In this document: in pieces, positions 38,672-51,520 of the stretch
Layout of the letters: every line of letters starts with the position of its first letter
Numbering within the stretch: the first letter of the stretch is position 1
Assembly (NCBI RefSeq): GCF_004010195.1
Contig: NC_057718.1
Span: forward strand, 71,585,486 to 71,649,485
Source of the DNA: Chiloscyllium plagiosum
Taxonomy: Eukaryota
DNA length: 64,000 nt
Reading direction: 5' to 3'
The notes under the pieces: model-generated
Database searches by the model: none
What the model was told of the DNA's origin: nothing
Seen by the model: the letters and a program-made list of their open reading frames with translations, nothing else
Made by a program: the position numbers and the translations under genes

Positions 38672-41600
38672 ACAGAGTCATAGAGACGGACAGCACGGAA
38701 ACAACTTATCCATGTCGACCATATATCCAAACCTGATGTAGTCCCACCTGCCAGCACCCAGCCCATATCCCTCCAAACCCTTTCTAATCATATACCTATC
38801 CAGATGCCTTTTAAATGTTGCAATTGTACCAACCTCCACCACTTCCTCTGGCAGCTCATTCCATAAATGTACCACCCTCTGCATGAAAAAGTTGCCCCTT
38901 AGGATTCTTTTATATCTTTCTTCTCTCCCCTAAACCTATGCCCTCTAGTTCTGGACTCACCTACCTCAGGGAAAAGACTTTGTCTATTTATCCTGTCCAT
39001 GCCCCTCATGATTTTATAAACCTCTGTAAGGCCACCCCTCAGCCTCCAACGCTCCAGGGAAAACAGTTCCAGCCTGTTCAACCTCTCCCTATAGCTTAAA
39101 TCCTCCAACCCTGGCAACATCCTTGTAAACCTTTTCTGAATCCTTTCAAGTTTCACAACATCATTACGATAGGAAGGAGACCAAAATTGCACGCAATATT
39201 CCAACAGTGGCCTAACCAATGTCCTGTACAGCCGCAACATGACTTCCCAACTCCTGTACTCAATCCTCTAACCAATAAGGAAAGCATACCAATTGCCTTC
39301 TTCACTATCCTATCTACCTGCGACTCCACTTTCAAGGTGCTGTGAACCTGCACTCTAAGGTCTCTTTGTTCAGCAACACTCCCTAGGGCCTTACCATTAA
39401 GTGTATATGTCCTGCTAAGATTTGCTTTCCCAAAATGCAGCACCTTGCATTTATCTGAATTAAACTCCATCTGCAACTTCTCAGCCCATTGCCCTATCTG
39501 ATCAAGATCCCATTGTAATCTGAGGTAACCTTCTTGAATGTCCAGTACACCTCCAATTTTGGTGTCATCTGCAAACTTAGTAACTATACCTCTTAAGCTC
39601 ACATCCAAATCATTTATATAAATGACGAAAAGTAGTGGACCCAGCACCAATCCTTGTGGCACTCCACTGGTCACAGGCCTCCAGTCTGAAAAACAACCCT
39701 CCACCACCATACTCTGTGTTCTACGTTTGAGCCAGTTCTGTATCCAAATGGCTAGTTCTTCTTGTATTCCATGAGATCTAACTTTGCTAACCAGTCTCCC
39801 ATGGAAAACCTTGTTGAATGCCTCACTGAAGTCTATATAAATCACATCTACTGCTCTGCCCTCATCAATCCTCTTTGTTACTTCTTCAAAAAACTCAATC
39901 AAGTTTGTGAGACATGATTTCCCACAAATAAAGCCATGTTGATTATCTGTACTCAGTCCTTGCCTCTCTAAATATATGTACATCCTGTCCCTCAGGATTC
40001 CCTTCAACAACTTGCCCACCACCGACGTCAGGCTCACTGGTCTATAGTTCCCTGGCTTGTCTTTACCACCTTTCTTAAACAGTGGCACCACTTTAGCCAA
40101 CCTCCAGTCTTTTGGCACCTCACCAAGACTGTCGATGGTACAAGTATCTCAGTGAGGCCCAGCTTCCCTCAGAGTCCTCAGGTACGCCTGATCAGGTCCT
40201 GGGGATTTATTCACTTTTATGCATTTCAAGACATCCAGCACTTCCTCCTCTTTAATATGGACACTTTTCAAGATGTCATCACCTATTTCCCTACATTCGA
40301 TATCTTTCATATCCTTTTCCACAGTAAATACTGATGCAAAATACTCATTTAGTATCTCCCCCATTTCCTGTGGCTCCACACAAAAGTCGCCTTGCTGATC
40401 TTTGAAGGGCCCAATTCTCTCCCTAGTTATCCTTTTGTCCTTAATGTACTTGTAAAAACCCTTTGGATTATCCTTAACTCTATTTGCCAAAGCTATCTCA
40501 TGTCCCCTTTTTGCTCTCCTGATTTCTCTCTCAAGTATACTGTTTACTGCCTTTATACTCTTCTAAGGATTCACTCGATCTATCCTGTCTATACCTGACA
40601 TATGCTTCCTTCTTTGTCTCAATTTCTTTAGTCATCCAGCATTCCCTATACTTACCAACCTTTCCTTTCAGCCGAACAGGAATATACTTTCTCTGGACCC
40701 TCGTTATCTCATTTCTGAAGACTTCTCATTTTTCAGCCATCCCTTTACCTGCAAACATCTGCTCCCAATCAGTTTTTAAAGTTCTTGCCTAATACCGTCA
40801 AAATTGGCCTTCCTCCAATTTGGAACTTCAACTTTTAGATCTGGTCTATCCTTTTCCATTACTATTTTAAAACTAATAGAATTGTGGTTGCTGGCCCCAA
40901 AATGCTCCCCCACTGACACCTCAGTCACCTGCCCTTGCCTTATTTCCCAAGAGTAGGTCAGGTTTTGCACCTTCTCTAGTAGGTACATCTACATACTGAA
41001 TCAGAAAAAAATTTGGACACACGTAACAAATTCCTTTCCATCTAAACCTTTAACACTATGGCAGTCCCAGTCTATGTTTGAAAAGTTAAAATCCCCAACC
41101 ACAACCACCCTATTATTCTTACTGATAACTGAGATCTCCTTACAAACTTGTTTCTCAATTTCCCTCTGACTATGAGGGGGTCTATAATACAATCCCAATA
41201 TGGTGATCATCCCTTTCTTATTTCTCAGTTACACCCAAATAACTTCCCTGGATGTATCCCAGGAATATTCTCCCTCAGCACAGCTGTAATGCTATCCCTT
41301 ATCAAAAATACCACTCCCCCTCCTCTCTTGCCTCTCTTTCTATCTTTCCTGTAGCATTTGTATCCTAGAACATTAAGCTGCCAGTCCTGCCCATCCCTGA
41401 GCCATGTTTCTGTAATTACTCTGATATCCCAGTCCCATGTTCCTAACCATGCCCTGAGTTCATCTGCCTTTACTTTACGCCCCATGCATTGAAATAAATG
41501 CAGTTTAATTTATCAATCCAGCTTGTTCTCTGCTTTGTCCCTGCCTGTCCTGACTGTTTGACTCGCTTCTGTTCTCAACTGTGCCAGTCTCAGATTGATC

Positions 41601-42790
41601 TCTTTCCTCACTATCTCCCTGGGTCCCACATTCCCTCTCCCCCCTCCCGCCAAACTTTAACCCCCACGCCCAACCTCCGAACCTACTGATTTTTTGCTGC
41701 TGGCCACAGAAACGTCTGTCTGTACCTCGAACTAGAGCGTCACCTAACACAATTGATCTCTTGGAACCCAACGTACCCCTCATTGCATTCGAGCCGGTCT
41801 CAATACCAGAAACTTGGCTGTTCATGCGACGTTCCCCTGAGAATCCATCACCCCCTACATTTTCCAAAACAGCATATTTGTTTGAAATGGGGATAGCCAT
41901 AGAAGACTCCTGCACTAACTGCTTACCTCTCTTACCTTTCCCGGAGTTAACTCATTTATGTGAGTGTATCTGTGACTTTTCTCCCTTCCTATAACTGCTA
42001 TCCATCACATCCCCTTTCTCTTGTAAATTGCTCGTTACAGCTAACTATCTCTCCAGCCGATCCATTCAATCTGATAGGATTGCAGATATAATCCTCAGTA
42101 ACCTGTAAACTCTCCCTAAACTCCCACATCTGACAAGAAGAGCATATCACTCTACTAAAGGCCATTTTTGCTCCTTCACAATCTACAGACCCAAAAAAAT
42201 ACCACCGTCTTATTTGTCTACAAAACACTGCTCCAGGTTAAATTAATAGTTATGACTTATATTTTAAGTTTAGTCAAGAGACATAGCTCAATAAAAGATA
42301 TAATCAAGAAAGAACCACTCTGCTCACTACTGCAGACTTTCTGTAAGGCCACACTTAACTGTTTCTTTGTTATGACCTCTCCCAAACAGGTTCCTCCAAA
42401 ATTAGTTGTGAATTTTACTGTTTGTTAATTTTCCTAGATACACTCCGATGTCCAGTGATACATTAATTCAAACAGCAAAGGCAGTAACTGTTCAGGTTCA
42501 CTGCTGTGTCAGTTTCTTTCTTTCTTTCTCTCTCTCTCTCTCTCTCTCTCTCCTGCGCTGACCTCACCATGTGCTTTCTTTATCTGGCCCTCTCCCTTTT
42601 AAATGTGCTGTTGTTTTGACTTCTTTTTTCTCTCCAAAGTACCAAAACAATGCAACAACATATAAAACAGTATTTGCTGCTCCTGGAATTCGAGGAAATC
42701 ACCTCCAACATCTAAAATACCTCAAAAAAGAGCAGCTGTTACAGCCAGAAATTTTCCCCATCCTCCATCTTGGATTACCCAGAATCCTCT
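38672..42790 (-). mobile_element. Near full-length CR1 LINE (5'UTR, ORF1, ORF2, tail), inactivated
   Basis: ORF1 VICSSCQMWE zinc finger and VLGDALVRGTD esterase-like start (41690-42165); ORF2 ITETWL, YYRPP, GDFN, 321-aa RT ORF 39153-40118 with FADD; frameshifts. Confidence 0.95.
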
Positions 42791-44345
42791 TTCACGTTGG
42801 AATTTTACTATTTCTAGATTTTGGGGTGTCTTTTGGGATGAAGTTATACACGGCCTTGGTGAGTCTACAGCTCAAATATTGTGTGCAGTTTTAGTCTCCC
42901 AACCTAGTAAAAGAATATCTTTGCCACAAAGGGAATTGACAAGGCCGGTAACTGGGAATGGCTGGAATGACCTGTGAGGTTCAACTGGTCCTGTAGAGTA
43001 TCGAAGGAAAACAGAAGACTTCATTTTCCAGAATGAAATCTGGTTTGATAGATTGTTTTAAAAAAATAATTAACATGGTGATCAGTCACTGAAACATTCA
43101 CAAAACACAAACATTATTACACAAAAAAATGAAAATAGAAAAACCACGATCTCTACATTAAAGTCAAAATGATCTTAAAGCACCATAAAATTTAACTCTG
43201 TTTCCCAACAATATCATAAATTTTCAAGTTTCAAGCAATTTCTATCTCAGCTCATATTTCTCTTGAAGTTTAGAGACAAATTTACAATTCCTGAGTCAAA
43301 GACATGAATCTTTCACACATCTGATGGCCTGCACTATTTCAATTCTTAAAAACCTGAAGACTTCCACCCCAACTCTCCTGGCTTGAATGTTTCACAAACT
43401 TTAATAAACCCAGGGAAGCCTAGATACCTAGAAATGTTCAGGATTGAATAAAAAAAGAAAAGGGAGATGTTTAACAGTTACAGAGGGAATAAAACTCTTA
43501 GAGGAGTATAAAATTGCAGGAGTAATTAGGAGGACAGAGGAGGGTATGAAAGCTGGCAGGCAAGGTTACGGAGAAACCCAAGATATTTTATAAGTATACC
43601 AAAGGAATGAGTGGGTCTTTTTGGGACTGAGGGGGCAGTCTGTACATGACGCCAAAGGACACTGGTAGAGAGTTAAATGAGTATTTCACATCTGACTTTA
43701 CTCAGTAGAAGGAGGATACAAATACAGGATTTGAGAAGGTGGACTGTAAACGTGTTGAGCATACTGACATAAGAGTGAGGAGGTATTGCAAGTTCTTGCA
43801 GGTCTAAAAGTAGACAAATCTCCATGTCTGGATGGTTACATCCCAGTCTGCTGTGGGCGATGAGGGAGGAAGTTACTGAGGCCGGCCCAAACTTTTAAAT
43901 TATCTCTGGCCGCAGGGGAGGTGGCAGAGGACTGAAGGACAGCTAATGCTGTTTCAGTTTACAAGAAGGTAGGAAAGAAAGGCCAGGAAACTATAGACCA
44001 TTGAGTCTAAGATCAGCTAGGAAACTATTGGTGAAAATATTGAAGAAGAAAATTAATCTCCATTTAGAGAGACATGATTTAATCGGTATTGGTTGGTATA
44101 GCTTTGTTAGCCTAACAAATCTGGTGGAATGTTTGGAGCAAGTGATCAAGTTGAAGATGAGGGAAGTGCAATTGATGTAGCTTATATGGATTTCAGCAAA
44201 ACAAGGTCCTATATAGGAAACTGATAAAGGAATAAATCCTCCTGGAATACAGTGGTAACTTGGCAAGTTGGAATCGGTAGGCAGTGGCAGACTGTAGGGA
44301 TCAGTCTGGGTCCCTTATTTGTGATATTCATAAATTGTGTAGTTT

Positions 44346-44655
44346 GTGGGCGGCACAGTGGTTAGCACTGCTGCCTCACAGCGCCAGAGACCCGGGTTCA
44401 TTTCCCCCCTCAGGCGACTGACTGTGTGGAGTTTGCACGTTCTCCCCGTGTCTGCGTGGGTTTCCTCCAGGTGCTCCGGTTTCCTCCCACAGTCCAAAGA
44501 TGTGCAGGGTCAGGTGAATTGGCCATACTAAATTGCCCGTAGTGTTAGGTAAGGGCTAAATGTAGGGGTATGGGTGGGTTTCGCTCTGGCGGGTCGGTGT
44601 GGACTTGTTGGGCCGAAGGGCCTGTTTCCACACTGTAATGTAATGTAAATGTAAT
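44346..44655 (+). mobile_element. Young V-SINE
   Basis: Family motifs. Confidence 0.95.
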
Positions 44656-44817
44656 TTAAAAAATGTAAAAAAATATGGGGGGGATGATAAGTTTGGAGAT
44701 GACACAAAGATTGGTCAGGTAGTTGACAGTGATGAGGAAGGTGTTGGGTTACAGGAAAATATAAATGGATTAGTCAGTGGCAGATAGAATTTAACCCTGA
44801 TAAATGTGCAGTGATGT

Positions 44818-45579
44818 TGTAATTAGTGGACTGTACCATTTGATAATTAATTGCTCTTTTGGGACACTAGAAACAAAATTGCCAAATGAATAGCATGCTG
44901 GGAAAAGAACTAGATAGTAAGCCAGGAAGCTTGCAGAATTCACTGTCAAATTGGATCAGGCCAGACAGATATGCATTTAATTTGATTGACTATATGAAGA
45001 TGTGTTGATGAGACAATGCTGCAAAGTTTTGCATGGAACAATAGCTTGGAGTTTCAGTAGAGCAGTTTTTGAGACAGAATCAGCTCAAGAAATAGAGAAA
45101 TTACAATATCCAATTCCACCTTTCGTAACACCATTCTTGGGACAGAAACCCATTCACATGTAGTAACTGAATTATATTAATTTCATTGCTGTATCAAACT
45201 GCTGTAGGAGGAATAGAAGGAACCTGCAAGTCAGTTACTGTGCTGACGTAGCAAATGATAATAATCAGAGACAACGTTAGCACAAGAAGCAGGAACCTTG
45301 GGAATGAGAAGAACATCCTCAACTTCAATTCAGCCAGCTGTAGCTGGGGTAGTATGAACTTCTCCACCATCTTGTGCTTCCGAACCAGATTTTAAAACCA
45401 GCGTGAAAATATAGTAACGGAAAAAATGAAAGGTCACGCATGAAATTACAGGGGAAGGTAGGTTTCCTAGAATTGCATGTCCATACGTTGTGTTTCAATG
45501 ACAATAAACCACATCTTATGGTAAACCATGTCTCATTTTCATGAAGTAAGTAAATCTTACACAAAAAATCATGTTTACA
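44818..45579. mobile_element. Solo LTR, 762 bp
   Basis: TGTAA...TTACA inverted termini with perfect 4-bp TSD ATGT (44814-44817 and 45580-45583) inside CR1. Confidence 0.85.
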
Positions 45580-45984
45580 ATGTACTTTGGAAGAAGAAAC
45601 AAGCCAAGGGACTACTCAATGAATGGCAAGACATTGAGTATGGAAGCTGAGAGGAACAGACAGATCTTGGGGTGCTTGTCCACAGATTACACAACATGGC
45701 AAGACAGGTTAATTGGGTAGCTAAGGTGTACAGGACATTTACTTTTATCAGCTGTGACAGATTCTAAAGATCATGAAGCCACGTAGGAGCTGTACAGAAT
45801 CTTGGTTATGCAACAGCTGGAGCAGTATGTATAGTTCTGATTATCATACCATAGGAAAGATGAGATTATACTGGAGGGGGTGGGAAGGAGATTCACCAGG
45901 ATGCTATCTGGAATGGATATCTGGATAAACTCAGCTTCTTTTCTTTGGAGCAAAGAAGGTTGAAGGGAACCTTGTAAGATTATG

Positions 45985-47200
45985 AGGACTACTACAAACC
46001 ACGACTCCCACATCTACCTGGACTACACCTCCCCCATCCTGCCTCCTGTAAAAATGCCATCCCTTATTCCAAATTCCTCCACCTCCACAGCATCTGCTCC
46101 CAGGAGGACCAAAGCCACCATAGAACGTCCCAGTTGGTCTCCTTCTTCAAAAACCACCATGTCCCCTCCCACGTGGTCAACAATGCTCCTCCACTTCCCA
46201 CAACACCACCCTTGAACCCTACCCCTGCAATTGCAACAAGGACAGAACCCCTCCGGTCCTCACCTTCCACCCCATCAACCTCCGGATATATCGCATCATT
46301 CTCCTCCATTTCCTCCACCTACAAACAGACCCCACCACCCAGGATATATTTCCTCTATCTGTGTTTCGGAGAGACTATTCCCTCCGTGACTCCCTTGTCA
46401 GATCCATGCTCCCCACCAGCCCACACCCCACTTCCGACTATTCCCTCCGTGACTCCCTTGTCAGATCCATGCTCCCCACCAGCCCACACCCCACTTCCGG
46501 CACCTTCCCCTGCCAATGCAAGAAGTGCAAAACCTGCGCCCACATCTCCCCCATCACCTCCGTGCAAGGCCCCAAAGGATCCTTCCACACTGACAGAAAT
46601 TATCTGTACTTCCACACATGTCATCTATTGTATCCGTTGTACCCGATATGGTCTCCTCAACATCGGGGAGACAGGACACCAACTTGCAGATTGTTTCAGT
46701 GAACATCTCTGGGACACCCGCACCAACCAACCCCACCACCCTGTGGCTGAACACTTTAATGCCCCCTCCCATTCCACCAAGGACATATAGGTCCAGGGCC
46801 TCCTCCGTTGCTAAACCCTAACCACACAAAGCCTGGAAGAAGAATGCCTCATCTTTCACTTTGGAACCCTGCAGCCACACAGGATCAATGTGGATTTCAC
46901 CAGTTTCTTCATTTTCCCTCCCTCCACCTGATCCCAGTCCCAAGTCTCCAACTCGGCATTGCCCTTTTGACCTGTCCATCACCTTCACCCCCAATTTCAT
47001 CTACCTATCACATTCCCAGCTACCTTCCTCCCGACTCCATCCTCCTCCCATTTATCTATCAATCCCCTGGCCCACAAGCCTCATTCCTGATAAGGGGCTA
47101 ATGCCTGAAACATCGATTCTCCTGCTGCCTGACCTGCCATGCTTTTCCAGCACTACACTCTCAACTCTATCTCCAGCATTTGCAATCCTCACTTTCTCCT
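45985..47200 (+). mobile_element. Penelope-like element 3' portion (GIY-YIG endonuclease and terminal repeat)
   Basis: GTFPCQCKKCKTCAHI, VIYCIRCTRYGLLNIGETG...EHL motifs; decayed hammerhead at 47084-47117. Confidence 0.88.
46373..46498. repeat. Perfect 63-bp tandem duplication
   Basis: 46373-46435 identical to 46436-46498. Confidence 0.95.
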
Positions 47201-47884
47201 GAGGACATGGACAGGGGGAATAGAAAGCAGCTGTTCACCTTAATTGAAGGGTCCTAAACAAGGAGCATAATTTTAAAGTGAAAGACAGAAGGTTTAGAAG
47301 GAATTTGAGAACTATTTTCACTCAAAGGATGGTGGGGATCTGGTATGCAATGCCCGTCAGCGTAGTTGAGGTAGCAAACCTCATAAACTTTAAAACGTAC
47401 TGGGATGATCACTTGAAGTGTCATAACATTGAAGGCAACGAGTGGGAAAGTGGGATTAGTGTAGGTAGTAGTGTATTTTTGTAGGAACAGACATGATGGG
47501 TCAAATGATTCCTTCTATGTTGTAAGGATTCCAGAAGAAACATTGTTGTGGTGAATGGTTTCCTCTGAGTTAAACTGAACCAGGACCTGCCAGGAGAGAA
47601 ACAAAAATGTGCTCCTGAACTCAACTCTTGCTTCTTGTCAAATAAAACTCTTGCGTTTTATGAACTGAATACAAAACTAATGGCTCAGTTCTGACAAATG
47701 GTCACTGGACCCAAAACGTATACCCTGATTTGTCTTCAAAGGTGCTGCTAGACCTGCTGAGATTTTTCCAGCAATATCTGTTTTTGTTTCAGATTTCCAG
47801 TATCCACAGTCTTTTTGACTTTTTGTCTAGCTGCCTTATTGTGTTTGCACAGTCTGTCATAGACTCAAATGTATAAACCCAAAA

Positions 47885-49840
47885 TTGAGGTGCACTTTGG
47901 GACCAGCAACTACAATTCTATTAATTTTAAAATACTGATGGTAAAGGATACATCTGATCTAAAAGTTGAAGTTCTATATTGGGGGAAGGCTAATTTTGAC
48001 AGTATTAGGCAAGAACTTTCAAAAGCTGACTGGGGCCAGATATTCGCAGGTAAAGGGACAGCAAGAAAATGGGAAACCTTCAAAAATGAAATAATGAGAG
48101 TCCATAGGCAGCAAATTCCTGTTAGGGTGAAAGGGAAGGCTGGTAGGTGTAGAGAATGCTGGATGACTAGAGAAATTGAGGTTTTGGTTAAGAAAAAGAA
48201 GGAAGTATATGTCAGGTATAACTAGGAGAGTTCAACAGAATCCTGAGAGTATAGTGGCAGTAGGAGATTACTTAAGAGGGAAATCATGAGGGCAAAAAGG
48301 GCTTTGGCAAATAGGTTAAGGAGAATCCATATGGTTTTTATAAATAATTAAGGACAAAAGTGTAACTAGGGAGAGAATAGGGTCCCTCAAAGGTTAGCAA
48401 GGCAGCCTATGTGTGGAGCTGCAGGAGATGGGGGAGAAAAGAAACAAGTCTTTTGCATCATTGTTTACTGTGGAGAAGGACATGGAAGATATAGCATGTG
48501 GGGAAATAAATGGTGACATCTTGAAAGATGTCCATACTACAGAGGAGGAGGTGCTGGATGCCTTGAAATGCATAAAAGTGGATAATTCTCCAGGACATGA
48601 TCAGGTATACCCTAGAACTACGTGGGAAGCTAGCAAAGTGATTGCTGGGCCCCTTGCTGAAATATTTGTATCATCAATATGAACCGGGAAGGTGCCAGAA
48701 GACTGGACGTTGGCTAACGTGGTATCATTATTTTAAAAAGATGGTAAGGAGAAAACAGGGAACTGTCGACTGGTGAGCCTGACATTGCTGGTGGGCAAGT
48801 TGTTGGATCGAATCCTGAGGGACAGGATTTACAAGTATTTGGAAAGGCAAGGATTGATTTGGGATAGTCAACATGGCTTTGTGTGTGGGAGATCATATGT
48901 CATGAACTTGATTGAAATTTTTGACGAAGTAACAAAGAGGATTGATGAGGACAGAATGGATACCAACTATTTGGACTTCAGTAAAGCATTCAACAAGGTT
49001 CCTCATGGGAGACTGGTTGGGAAGGTTAGATCGCATGGAATACAGGGATATCTAGCCATTTGGATACAAAACTGGCTCAAAGTAAAGGACAGAGGGTGGT
49101 GGTGGAAGGTTGCATTTCAGACTTGAGGCCTGTGACCAGTGGAGTGCCACAAGCATTGGCGCTGGATCCACAACTTTTCATCATTTATATACAGGGGAAC
49201 CTCGATTATCCGAATACTAATTATCTGAAAATCGGATTATCCGAAGGAGATCTCGAGGTCCCAATGGAAACATTACATCAAAAAACGTGTTTCCAACAGT
49301 GATCGCATCTTTTGTTAACAGTCATTAAACAGGCAACGTCTCCAAATGACTGCCTGCCCACTCTCTCCCCCCACAGTAAAAAGCTGTGTGTGTGTTTTTG
49401 TGAGTGTGTGTGTGTGTGTGTCTGTGTGTGTGTGTGTGTCTGTGTGTGCGCGCGCACACTATTTAGAGTATTGGTGTACAGTTCGGCTGCCCCGGAGAGG
49501 GGGCAAGGGTGTACGGGATTGGGGGGTGGGCAGGGGGCAGTGTTGAACGAGGTTGGGGGCGCGGGGCGGTGTTGGGGGCAGGGGGCTGTGTTGGACAGGA
49601 GGGGAAAAATCTAAAAGGGATGTAAGGGGCAACTTTTTCACACAGAGGGTGGTATGGAATGAGCTGCCATAGGAAGTGGCAACATTTAAAAGGCACCTGG
49701 ATGGAGATATGAATAGGAAGGTTTTAGAGGAATATGGGCTAAATGCTGGCAAATGGGATTAGATTAGGTTAGGATATCTGATTGATATGGACATGTTGGA
49801 TCAAAGGGTCTGTTTCCGTACTGTACATCTCTATGACTCT
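47885..49840 (+). mobile_element. CR1 ORF2 interrupted by a DNA transposon fragment
   Basis: SQHGFVCGRS, YLDFSKAFNKVPH; 3' end ~49600-49840. Confidence 0.9.
49192..49600. mobile_element. pogo/Tigger-like DNA transposon end with (TG)n
   Basis: TA followed by CAGGGGAACCTCGATTATCCG TIR-like start and repeated ATTATCCGAA; second TIR not seen. Confidence 0.55.
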
Positions 49841-50153
49841 AAATCTACACAATCCTAGATTGTATATGACCATTACCTTTTTTGCAGTTGCAGAAGACAA
49901 TTACACCTTAGGGTAGTAGTGAAAATGCTTATTCAGTTTTTTTTTATTTGTTATAGTCTATAAACCAAGACACAATTTGAAGTTTTTAAGGAAATCATTC
50001 GCATTTGACTATAAAACAATTGAAGTCAATTGTGTATCATAGAGTCATAAAGAGGTATAGCACAGAAACATACCCTTTGGTCCAACTTGCCCATGTCGAC
50101 CAGATATCCTAACCTAATCTAGTTCTATCTGCCAGCACTTGGTCCATATCCCT

Positions 50154-51520
50154 GGTCACAATACTGGTTCTTTTTACAAGTTTGCTTTGTCCTTGACGTT
50201 TTTTCATGGAAGTTCTAATAACCCAAGGCTCCAACTAGGCTGAGTTTGAAAGTTTTATTTGGGCCCTTTTGTTTATCCTAACGGATAATACCTCCAGCTT
50301 TTATGTCTTTAAAAAAAAACCTGGTATAATCAAAGGGGAGTCTCCAGCTAGCTGCGTAGCTAGCTTTTTCTACATTAGAGTTTTTTAAATTCAATTCAGA
50401 ACTTTAGAGAGTTCAGCAGCAGTGTGTGCGTGTGAAGAATGGCTGCTGGGACAAGTCTCATGATCTAACTTGAAGCCTGTAAGCTCTGGTTTGTTTCATT
50501 TTTACTCTTTGTGTGAAGGGATGTGTGTATTGGGACTGTTGCAAGTATTTTTGGAACAGCATAATTAAGTCAGATTTGGATGGGATAAGTTATCCGGTAT
50601 TCTATTTTCTGTTCTTAGTGTTTTGTTCCACAATTTTGTGATTAAATTTTGTTTGTTTAAAACTTGGCGGTCTAACCAACTAATTTGCTGAAAATGTGTT
50701 GCTGGAACAGCACAGCAGGTCAGGCAGCATCCAGGGAACAGGAGAATTTCGTTTCGGGCATAAGTCCTTCTTCAGAAGGGCTTATGCCCGAAACGAAATT
50801 CTCCTGTTCCCTGGATGCTGCCTGACCTGCTGTGCTGTTCCAGCAACACATTTTCAGCTCTGATCTCCAGCATCTGCAGACCTCACTTTCTCCTCCTAAC
50901 CAACTAATTTACCCCTGGGAATATCCACTATACACTTAGCTAAAACAAATATAAAGTTACGGTTTGGGCTACCTTCTTGAAAATGTTTTGAGGGGTCTGG
51001 CCTAGTCCATAACAGTTTGGGGGCTCTTTGCAGGATTTAAACAATGAGTGGTAGATGTTAGTGTCCTTTATTTGAACAGCGCTCAGATAGCAATGGCTCT
51101 TTCAGTCACCAAGAAGGTTCTGGAAGGGAAAGAAAGGACCTTGGGGGTTTTACAAAAGGCAAATAAGACCAAGTTGAGGGAATTAGTAGACAAGCTAGAG
51201 TTGAAGTTACTTCCTAATGGGAGGAAGGATGAGTTGATTACAGCAGTAGCTCAGCATTTAAATTTGCTGGAAACCCCATCAGGATCTGTAGAGATAGCTA
51301 AACGTCAATTGCAAATGAAGAAGTTTCAGTTAGAAGCAGAAATGAAACAGGTTGAGTTATGATTAAAATTGGAAGAGAAAGAAAAAGAATGAAGGGCTTT
51401 AGATGAAGAGAAAGAAAAAGAATTTGAACTTCAAAAATTGACACTTTAAAAGGAAAGTCAGCTTAAAAGAATGGAGATGAAGGCTGAACGTAGGCTTAGT
51501 GAGGAAGAGAGTGAGGATGC
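50154..51520 (+). mobile_element. Gmr1-type Gypsy element: 5' LTR (50154-51014), tRNA-Pro-like PBS, gag start
   Basis: LTR ends CCATAACA; TGGGGGCTC at 51018-51026; gag-like coiled-coil ORF from ATG 51093. Confidence 0.85.
50687..50895. mobile_element. Penelope-derived fold-back insertion
   Basis: 84-bp inverted arms; 15-bp TSD CTAACCAACTAATTT (50672-50686, 50896-50910). Confidence 0.9.

Larger units (their letters stand above)
43430..47530 (+). mobile_element. Old CR1 ORF2 hosting a SINE, a solo LTR and a Penelope element
   Basis: Colinear decayed CR1 segments ~43430-44345, 44680-44817, 45580-45985, 47200-47530. Confidence 0.8.
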
